Below, one piece after another: positions 44,850-54,406 of a stretch of DNA of 64,000 bases. Numbering within the stretch: position 1 is the stretch's first letter; every line of letters starts with the position of its first letter. Below the pieces are notes generated by a model. That model was not told where the DNA came from. It saw nothing but the letters and a program-made list of their open reading frames with translations, and searched no databases. Source of the stretch: an uncultured Myxococcota bacterium (GTDB lineage: Bacteria; Myxococcota_A; UBA796); contig CBFIFY010000002.1 of assembly GCA_965661985.1 (NCBI GenBank), positions 78,195 through 142,194 on the forward strand. The letters run 5' to 3'. The position numbers and the translations under genes are program-made.

Positions 44850-47150
44850 TCATAGATTGAGTGTGGCATTGGCTTTGCGGGTGATGAAGTCCATCAAGGT
44901 TCTGGACACAAACACACCGGTAAACAATGTTGAAATAATTCCGATCATCAACGTGACTGCAAATCCCTTAATGGGCCCAGTTCCATAGGTATACAAGACA
45001 ATACCCGCGATGAAGGTTGTGATGTTTGCATCCAAAACCGCCAATAACGCTTTGTCAAAACCTGTTTTAACAGCAGAACGTGCATTCTTACCCAACCGCA
45101 ACTCTTCTCGGATTCGTTCATAAATAATGATATTACAGTCCACAGCCATACCAATCGTCAAAGCGATTCCCGTAATCCCTGGCAAAGTCAATGTGGCCCC
45201 AGCAGTACACAAGAAAGCAAATACCAAGACAACGTTTGCCAACAACGCGATGACCGATACGACGCCTGATTTTCCGTAATACACCATCATGAACAACAGA
45301 ACCAATCCAAAACCAACCATCGTAGCCTGTTTCCCAGCCTCAACAGCATCTTTTCCCAAGGATGCACCAACCATTCTGACTTTACCAATGGTGACTGGCG
45401 CTGGCAATGCTCCGGTTCTCAAAACCAAGGACAACGTCGACGCTTCTTGCAGTGCCTGTTGGTAGTCTCCAGAGCCCATATCGATAGAGGCACGACCTCC
45501 AGCAATTTTTTCACGAATGTATGGAGCTGATTTCACTTCTTTATCCAAGACAATCGCAAAGCGTTTTCCTTTATTTTGCTCTGTTACGTCCGCAAAGATT
45601 TGAGCACCCACTGGCTTGAATTCCATTGCCGTATAAGGTTGATTGTATTGGTCCATGGCGACTTGAGCGTCGTTGATGTCGTCCCCTGTCAAAATGACAT
45701 TGTCTTTAACAACATAATACCGTCCGCGCTCTTTCTGTCCTTCTGCAACAGTTCTGTACTCCCAAAGTATTCTTGTATTGGGTGGAAGCGCCTTTTGCTT
45801 CAACAAATGGTTGGTCAGCAAATTGTCGTCGTTGTAGACATCTTTTTCAAGAATCTTTTCAGCATCCAACAGTGCCCGTTCCAAGTCGCGTGGATTGGCC
45901 ATGACTTCTTCATCAACAAGCATAAACTCCAAAACGGCAGCCGTTCCGATGACAGACATTGCCTGTTGAACATCTTTGACACCTGGAAGCTGCACATTGA
46001 TTTTTGCGCCCCCCTTCACCACGATGCTTGGTTCTTTGACGCCCGTTTCGTCAATTCGATTGCGCAATGTTTCCAATGCTTGTTGGATCGACTTTGTGGC
46101 GATGTCGTCTTTAATTTCTTCCTTCATTGCGAAGGCGAACTCGGTTGTGCCATCTTCAACCACAGTGTCTACGTACTCATAATTGGTGAAACGGTTGCTC
46201 ATCACACCTTGCAAATCAGTCAGAGAGCTCCCTTCACCCATTTGAATCATCAATGTTGCCTCACCGACTTGACGACGCACTTGAACCACAGACAAGCCTG
46301 AATTCTCCAAACTTTCCAAGACAGAAGCGACTTCACGCTGTACCTTTGACAATACAGCTTCACCAACTTCCACTTCCAAGTCCATGTCAATCCCACCTTG
46401 GAGGTCCAACCCCAAAGAAAGTTTGGATTTTGGAAATGAGTTGATAATGAACGCAGAGGCCGCTGAAAGTTCTTCTTCACCTTGCCCCTGACACTCAGAA
46501 ACGCAGGCTGATACCTGTTGATTCACGCAATTTTCGGCTTGTAAAAATGGCTTTGACGCAGTTTCCATACACTGTTTGTAGGAGTCATTCACACTTTGAG
46601 CGTAATATTTGGCAGCCCAATCAGGAGCATCCAAAGTTTCATTGTGTACATTCAAACAAGCACTTGCACATTCTGCTTCTGAGTGTGGGTCCACTGAATC
46701 AGCATCACAGGTTTCCACACACGTCTTTAAAGCGTCGATGGCACATTGCTCTTGGACGTCAAACTGAATCTCATTTTGAGCACAGCGTTGCAGTGCTAGG
46801 GTTCCCTTCGCCAGACTGGTTTTCTTGGTTTCAGGGTCGATGCTACTTTGATCAAAATATTTGTCCACCCATTGAAACTGAGCCTCACCAGAAGAATACC
46901 CTTTGCAGGCAGCTTTACAATCTTTGGTGTTGTCAAGAACATAGCTGCGCAACGATGGTGGCAAATGCTTCGATTGTGGCAAACGATCTTCATCGACGTT
47001 GATGGTTGCGCCTGCGTTTGAGGCTTCACTCGCTTGCTTGGCCAGCATTGTCTCACTGTCTTCTTGCATAAGTGTCGGGGTAATCGTGTAACCACCCCAC
47101 AACATTACCGCGAAGATGATGATAAATCGGACCATCCATGGATTACGCAT
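44850..47150 (-). CDS. secD: protein translocase subunit SecD with ~200-aa Cys-rich N-terminal periplasmic insertion
   Basis: LGLDLQGGIDMDLEV, FAIVLD..V.SAP.I and GIALTIGMAVDCNIIIYERIREE are canonical SecD. The conserved LGLDLQGG box appears only at aa ~246. Confidence 0.9.
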   Translation of the reverse strand: MRNPWMVRFIIIFAVMLWGGYTITPTLMQEDSETMLAKQASEASNAGATINVDEDRLPQSKHLPPSLRSYVLDNTKDCKAACKGYSSGEAQFQWVDKYFDQSSIDPETKKTSLAKGTLALQRCAQNEIQFDVQEQCAIDALKTCVETCDADSVDPHSEAECASACLNVHNETLDAPDWAAKYYAQSVNDSYKQCMETASKPFLQAENCVNQQVSACVSECQGQGEEELSAASAFIINSFPKSKLSLGLDLQGGIDMDLEVEVGEAVLSKVQREVASVLESLENSGLSVVQVRRQVGEATLMIQMGEGSSLTDLQGVMSNRFTNYEYVDTVVEDGTTEFAFAMKEEIKDDIATKSIQQALETLRNRIDETGVKEPSIVVKGGAKINVQLPGVKDVQQAMSVIGTAAVLEFMLVDEEVMANPRDLERALLDAEKILEKDVYNDDNLLTNHLLKQKALPPNTRILWEYRTVAEGQKERGRYYVVKDNVILTGDDINDAQVAMDQYNQPYTAMEFKPVGAQIFADVTEQNKGKRFAIVLDKEVKSAPYIREKIAGGRASIDMGSGDYQQALQEASTLSLVLRTGALPAPVTIGKVRMVGASLGKDAVEAGKQATMVGFGLVLLFMMVYYGKSGVVSVIALLANVVLVFAFLCTAGATLTLPGITGIALTIGMAVDCNIIIYERIREELRLGKNARSAVKTGFDKALLAVLDANITTFIAGIVLYTYGTGPIKGFAVTLMIGIISTLFTGVFVSRTLMDFITRKANATLNL

Positions 47151-47478
47151 TGTTGTCTCCCAATTTTGCCTTCACAGCCGTTTTGCTAATGGTACACAAA
47201 GACCCCCGCCCTACATCCAACAGCAACGTTTGCTCTTGAACCTCAACGATCTCCCCGTGAATCCCACCAATGCTAACAATTTTATCGCCTTTTATCAAAC
47301 CACTAACGAGTTTTTGATGGTTCTCTTGGTCTTTGGCAACCGGTCTTGCATAGATAAAATAATACAACAAAAATATAAACGACATGAAGAAGAGCATTTG
47401 GGTAAAGGGAGAGCCTTGTTGCGCTTCTTGAGCAAATTCAGTGGCCAGTACGAAGTGGGTCATCAATGCAATTTTCAT
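47143..47478 (-). CDS. yajC: preprotein translocase subunit YajC
   Basis: 111 aa, single TM MLFFMSFIFLLYYFIYARP followed by KGDKIVSIGGIHGEIVEV. Overlaps the secD start by 8 nt. Confidence 0.85.
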   Translation of the reverse strand: MKIALMTHFVLATEFAQEAQQGSPFTQMLFFMSFIFLLYYFIYARPVAKDQENHQKLVSGLIKGDKIVSIGGIHGEIVEVQEQTLLLDVGRGSLCTISKTAVKAKLGDNNA

Positions 47479-47530
47479 GTTGTTTCTCAGTTGGGTTCAA
47501 TGATCAAAATCTAGTGGTAAGTGTCTATCG

Positions 47531-49766
<2,236 letters not shown>

Positions 49767-49811
49767 TTACTTTGCTCTCAAAATCAAATCCATCTTCTTG
49801 CTTGGTTGCGT

Positions 49812-49840
49812 AAACTATTCAAAAATACCTTACTTGTCAA
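49812..49840 (-). promoter_or_regulatory. candidate sigma70-type promoter for queA-tgt-yajC-secDF
   Basis: On the minus strand: TTGACA, a 17-nt spacer, then TAGTTT, about 45 nt upstream of the queA ATG. Confidence 0.35.
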
Positions 49841-49862
49841 TGCTACCGAAGGGAATTAGGAT
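49834..49862 (+). promoter_or_regulatory. candidate promoter for tpm, -35 box overlapping the queA -35 box on the opposite strand
   Basis: TTGTCA, a 17-nt spacer, then TAGGAT, about 20 nt upstream of the tpm ATG (GGAG RBS in between). Confidence 0.25.
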
Positions 49863-49882
49863 TGGTCTCGGTAGGAGATGAT

Positions 49883-50533
49883 ATGAACTTTTGGAAAGAA
49901 CGATGGCAACAAGGCCAAACGGGATGGCACAATGCCACCGTAAACCAAAACCTTCAAAAGCACCATGCTGTGTTGTTCAAAACACAAGCGCCAACAATCT
50001 TTGTTCCGCTGTGTGGCAAAACCTTGGACATGCGTTGGTTGGCAGATCAAGGCGCACGCATCTTCGGTGTTGATTTGGTCCGACAAGCATTGGATGAATA
50101 CTGCATTGAGCAAGCCTTCACACCTCAAGAAAGTCAAACCGATGGAATTCCCACGTTAACAACAGACAAGCACACTCTTTTTCATGGAAATGTCTTTGAT
50201 ATTACAACGGAACAGATTGGAGAAGTAGACGCCATCTTCGATCGTGCCGCCTTGGTTGCATTGCCTCTTGAATTGCGTCAAGGCTATGCAAACCATTGCT
50301 TGTCATTGCTGAAACCTGGAGGGACAATTTTGCTCATCACATATGACTCCCCTGTTGGTGATGACCAAGGACCACCCTTTCCAGTTCGAAAAGGGACTGT
50401 GGAATCACTGTACAGTGCTGCAAGTTCTTGTACACAACTCGATGAAGTGCTCATGACGGCTGACAACGACGAGCGCCTTCAAAAGAGAGGCATTGATTGG
50501 TCTCGAGCGGATATTTGGGCAATCTGTAAATAG
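49883..50533 (+). CDS. tpm: thiopurine S-methyltransferase
   Basis: MNFWKERWQQGQTGWH (TPMT N-terminal signature), FVPLCGKTLDMRWLADQG, FDRAALVALP. Confidence 0.85.
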   Translation: MNFWKERWQQGQTGWHNATVNQNLQKHHAVLFKTQAPTIFVPLCGKTLDMRWLADQGARIFGVDLVRQALDEYCIEQAFTPQESQTDGIPTLTTDKHTLFHGNVFDITTEQIGEVDAIFDRAALVALPLELRQGYANHCLSLLKPGGTILLITYDSPVGDDQGPPFPVRKGTVESLYSAASSCTQLDEVLMTADNDERLQKRGIDWSRADIWAICK

Positions 50534-50567
50534 TCTGATATAAATTTGTGCACATTGAGAGTGTTCT

Positions 50568-51686
50568 ATGCTCACCACCCGTTCCGAAAAGACAGACATT
50601 AAAAGTTTAGATCTCGAAATGCTCGGAGCATTTTTGGAAAGCATTGGTATACCAAGTACAAAAGCCTTGCGTATCTATCAAGCCCTTTGGCAAAAAAATA
50701 TACGCAGATTCTCTGAAATTGACACCATTTCTAAAGTGGACCAACAAACGTTGGAACTGAATGCAGAGATTCCATTCTTGAAATCTGCAGGTGTGTTTCC
50801 TTCTGCCGACGGAACGAAAAAGTTTTTGTGGCACATACCGCAAGGCGGTGTTGTTGAAAGCGTTCTCATACCAGATGAAAACCGTACTGGTGGATACTCT
50901 GATAGAATGACGCTGTGCGTATCATCTCAATGGGGATGCGCGATGAAGTGCTCATTTTGTCTCACAGGGGATTTGGGATTGAAAAGTCACCTGACGGCGG
51001 GGCAAATTCTCAGTCAAATACAACAAGTGTCAGAAACCCTCCCCGAGAACAAACGCATTACAAGCATCGTGATGATGGGTATGGGAGAGCCATTGCACAA
51101 TTACGATCAACTCATTGTGGCCTTGAAAACAATGAACCACAATTTCGCTTTAAGGTTGTCGAACCGCAAAATCACTGTGTCTACGGTGGGTCTAGTACCT
51201 GGACTGAAGAAGATGGCAGCCGAGTTGCCAGTGAACATCGCCATTTCTCTGAACGCTTCAACTGAAGAACAACGACGACACGTCATGCCCATCACCAAAA
51301 AGTATTCTTTGGACACATTGCTCAACGCTTGTCGAGAAATTTCACGTCTACCAAATCAAAAAGGACGCAAAATCACCTTTGAATACGTGATGATGAAAGG
51401 TTTCAACGACAGTCTTGAAGATGCCGCTCGATTACCGACCCTCTTGCAAGACATTCCGGCGAAAATCAACCTGATTCCGTACAACGAAAACCCGGACCGC
51501 AACATTCGCCGCCCTGCCTTTGAACAGGTCAAAGCCTTTCAAACCTATTTGGTCAGCCGTGGGTGGTATTGTTCAATCAGAACCACTCGAGGCATCGACA
51601 TATCGGCGGCTTGCGGTCAACTCGGCAAAGCACTGCAACAGACTTCACAACAAGTTTCACAACACACTTCAAACTCACCCTTCTAG
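50568..51686 (+). CDS. rlmN: 23S rRNA/tRNA (adenine-C2)-methyltransferase RlmN (radical SAM)
   Basis: Radical-SAM cluster GCAMKCSFCLTG, MGMGEPLHNYD, IAISLNAS, NLIPYN, and the C-terminal catalytic Cys context DISAACGQL. Confidence 0.9.
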   Translation: MLTTRSEKTDIKSLDLEMLGAFLESIGIPSTKALRIYQALWQKNIRRFSEIDTISKVDQQTLELNAEIPFLKSAGVFPSADGTKKFLWHIPQGGVVESVLIPDENRTGGYSDRMTLCVSSQWGCAMKCSFCLTGDLGLKSHLTAGQILSQIQQVSETLPENKRITSIVMMGMGEPLHNYDQLIVALKTMNHNFALRLSNRKITVSTVGLVPGLKKMAAELPVNIAISLNASTEEQRRHVMPITKKYSLDTLLNACREISRLPNQKGRKITFEYVMMKGFNDSLEDAARLPTLLQDIPAKINLIPYNENPDRNIRRPAFEQVKAFQTYLVSRGWYCSIRTTRGIDISAACGQLGKALQQTSQQVSQHTSNSPF

Positions 51687-51694
51687 GAGAGAAA

Positions 51695-52678
51695 ATGACT
51701 CAAAAAATAGGCATTATTGGTGGCTCTGGGCTGTACAAGCTCGACATCTTCAAAGATTTCGATTTTTCAACAATAATTGATCATAAAGAAAGCGACACGA
51801 AAGAAGCAATCGCACAGAAGTCCTTGGAAGCAAAGGTAAAATTTATAGAATCACAAACCAATGTATATGGTCGACCTTCAGCACCGATTCGAAAATGCAC
51901 CATGGAAGGTGTGGATGCTGAACTGTATTTCCTTGCCAGACATGGAGAGCATCATCAACTCACCCCCTCTGAAGTCCCTTATCAGGCGAACATTTTGGCA
52001 TTGAAAGACATTGGCGTCGACTGGATCATTTCGGTTTCAGCCGTTGGCTCTCTCAAGGAAGATATCCCCCCAACACACTTTGTGGTCATCGACCAGTTCA
52101 TTGACAGAACGAAGGGTCGCCCGTCAACGTTCTTTCACAATGGCATTGTTGCCCACATGCCCTTTGGAGATCCCATTTGTGAAACGTTGCGCCGATACAT
52201 TTTGACAAGTGCAAGAGAGGTCACTGAAAAAGTGCACGATGGTGGAACCTATGTGTGTATGGAAGGACCTGCTTTCTCAACACGCGCAGAATCGAGACTC
52301 TACCAACAATGGGGTGCATCTGTCATTGGCATGACAAATCTACCAGAAGCAAAATTAGCGCGCGAAGCCGAAATATCTTATGCTACACTTGCCATGTCAA
52401 CAGATTATGATTGTTGGAGAACGGATGAGTCCAATGTGGATGTTGCCAGCATTGAAGAAGTTATCCGCCAAAACACCCAAACTGCACAAGAGATTTTAAC
52501 CAAAATAATCCCCAAAATTGCTAACCATTCTGGAGAACCACCACAGAAAGGCGCCTTAAAGAATACTTTCCTCACAAAACAAGCCCACTGGCCACCCAAA
52601 CGCATTTATGATCTCAAAAGCATTTTGGGACCTTACCTCAAGAAAAACAACAAGCCGAAGGACGATGACAAACAATGA
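51695..52678 (+). CDS. mtnP: S-methyl-5'-thioadenosine phosphorylase
   Basis: ATG 51695 (GGAGAGAAA upstream). IGIIGGSGLY, FLARHG..H...PSEVPYQANI, VIDQFIDRT, GPAFSTRAES, GMTNLPEAKLAREAEISYA..AMSTDYDCW. A ~25-aa insertion follows the P-loop, and there is a basic C-terminal tail. Confidence 0.9.
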   Translation: MTQKIGIIGGSGLYKLDIFKDFDFSTIIDHKESDTKEAIAQKSLEAKVKFIESQTNVYGRPSAPIRKCTMEGVDAELYFLARHGEHHQLTPSEVPYQANILALKDIGVDWIISVSAVGSLKEDIPPTHFVVIDQFIDRTKGRPSTFFHNGIVAHMPFGDPICETLRRYILTSAREVTEKVHDGGTYVCMEGPAFSTRAESRLYQQWGASVIGMTNLPEAKLAREAEISYATLAMSTDYDCWRTDESNVDVASIEEVIRQNTQTAQEILTKIIPKIANHSGEPPQKGALKNTFLTKQAHWPPKRIYDLKSILGPYLKKNNKPKDDDKQ

Positions 52679-53397
52679 TTTGGTTTACTCTATTTGCAGC
52701 CTGCGTCACTCCCCAAAGGGTTGAACGTTCTCAAACTCGAACTGTTCTTGGAGCGGCTTACCTTTCCGAAGGAAATCCTTCCGACGCAATTGCAACATTG
52801 GAGGAAGCCACGAAATTGAACCCCCGAAATGGTGACGCTTGGGAAAAACTCGCTCTTGCCTACTATTCCAAAAGTGCAGTGGAAAAAGCCGACAAGGCTT
52901 TCGAAAAGGCGATTCGAATCAACCCAGCCAAAGCTGAGTATCGAAACAACTATGGTTTAATGTTGCTGGATCAAGGTCTTGTTGAAGAAGCAATTGCTGA
53001 ATTTAACGTCGCTCTTGCAGACCTAACCTATCGAAACACAGCTTTGGTTCTGAGCAATTTGGGTCAGGCCTACTATCAAAATCAAGACTATGAAGCTTCG
53101 ATCACCACCCTCTCTCAAGCGATCGACCGAGCGCCAAACATGTGTCAAGCAAGATTCAATCGAGCGTTTTCTTATAAAGAGATCGATAGACTTGACTTGG
53201 CGCTCCAAGATTTTGAAGAAGTGATTACCCTCTGTGGCGACGTCGCAACAGGAGCGTATTTCCACACCGCGGAAGTGCTGTTCGAACTTGATGACATCCC
53301 CGGAGCGTGCAACCACCTTCGAACCACCATTCGAGAAGCAGGACGTAGCAAATTGGGCAAACGTGCCGAAAGTCTTCACAACGAACGGTGTCGATAA
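52675..53397 (+). CDS. TPR-repeat lipoprotein (PilW/PilF-like)
   Basis: MIWFTLFAAC-V has a lipobox, followed by about 5 TPR units (AIATLEEATKLNPRNGDAWEKLALAYY...). ATGA overlap with mtnP. The position between rlmN and rodZ mirrors the pilW locus of gamma-proteobacteria. Confidence 0.65.
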   Translation: MIWFTLFAACVTPQRVERSQTRTVLGAAYLSEGNPSDAIATLEEATKLNPRNGDAWEKLALAYYSKSAVEKADKAFEKAIRINPAKAEYRNNYGLMLLDQGLVEEAIAEFNVALADLTYRNTALVLSNLGQAYYQNQDYEASITTLSQAIDRAPNMCQARFNRAFSYKEIDRLDLALQDFEEVITLCGDVATGAYFHTAEVLFELDDIPGACNHLRTTIREAGRSKLGKRAESLHNERCR

Positions 53398-53482
53398 ACT
53401 ATCCGAAAGCCACACAGAAATCGTAAACAATTTACCTCATCATTTCCCTGTTCCCTTCTTCCCTTTTCCCCCAAGTCAAACA

Positions 53483-54352
53483 ATGAGTCAGAAAAAACAC
53501 CGCAGCAAGAATGAAAAAGACAAACAAAAGCGTGTCAACCTTCGAGTACAAAGAAGCAAACAAGGACTCACTCGCAAAGACATTCACATTCGCGTCGGCA
53601 TCCCACTCGCCCACATTGAAGCCCTCGAAACGGGTGTGGTCCCAAAATCAATGCGCGGAAAAAAGTTGCTTGCTTCAAAGCAGGCCTATTTGAAGTTTCT
53701 TGGTTTTTCAAAGCATTCCAAACTCGACGTAAAAGCGCCCAGTCCAAAGCGAAAAAACTCTTCAAGATCCGGCTCAAGAACGGGAAGCACAGAAATTGTA
53801 GCTCCAACAACCTCTCGATCCATCTTTACCGGTTTTGCCATCGCTGCATCTATGGTCATTGGTCTCAAAACCTTATCCATTGCCTTTGACAATCCATCCT
53901 TCTCTTTTGATGGCATGCTGGATTCGATGGTTCAAGAACTCAACGAATCCGATACAACAGATGAGACTGCTTTAGACCAAACCTTGACGGCGCCAAGCAA
54001 CCTTGCTTCTTCGTTGGCTGGCAAAACCAGTGAACAGGGAAACCTAAATGCGCTGGTGTCTGATTTATTGACCGATCTCGAAGAACCTGAGCCGGAAGGT
54101 CCTACAGGTCCAAACTCACTGACATTGCGGGTGATGGAACGCACACGCATCGTCTTTACCTGTGACGGTCACATCATAAAACGTGGTCTTGTTCATCGAA
54201 ATGACCGATTGGAGTGTCAGTTTAGTGAACGAGCCATTGTTGAACTGACCGACTTATTGGCCGTAGAAGTACGACACAATGACAAAAAGGTCAAGCCAAT
54301 GGGACCTCAAGGCGCGTCGCGTAGATTGACATTTCTACACGAGGGCTTTTAA
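53483..54352 (+). CDS. rodZ: RodZ-like cytoskeleton protein (HTH + TM + DUF4115-like C-terminal domain)
   Basis: HTH LTRKDIHIRVGIPLAHIEALETG, TM IFTGFAIAASMVIGLKTLSIAF, and C-terminal LTLRVMERTRIVFTCDG...VEVRHNDKKV. The track start at 53234 overlaps the TPR gene and is rejected. Confidence 0.65.
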   Translation: MSQKKHRSKNEKDKQKRVNLRVQRSKQGLTRKDIHIRVGIPLAHIEALETGVVPKSMRGKKLLASKQAYLKFLGFSKHSKLDVKAPSPKRKNSSRSGSRTGSTEIVAPTTSRSIFTGFAIAASMVIGLKTLSIAFDNPSFSFDGMLDSMVQELNESDTTDETALDQTLTAPSNLASSLAGKTSEQGNLNALVSDLLTDLEEPEPEGPTGPNSLTLRVMERTRIVFTCDGHIIKRGLVHRNDRLECQFSERAIVELTDLLAVEVRHNDKKVKPMGPQGASRRLTFLHEGF

Positions 54353-54406
54353 CAGAAGCCGCTTTAGAGATTCAACTGCCAAACTGTTTGGAAAGCACAT
54401 ACTGAA

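Noticed and set aside
51563-51694. Track start of the MTAP ORF at 51563 (overlapping rlmN by 124 nt), and similarly 53234 for the RodZ-like ORF, 18256 for korA, 14256 for the beta-helix lipoprotein, 33445 for the giant gene and 25489 for NamZ.
   Set aside because: In each case a downstream ATG with a Shine-Dalgarno-like sequence gives the family-typical N-terminus or a proper signal peptide or lipobox. It also removes an implausible overlap.
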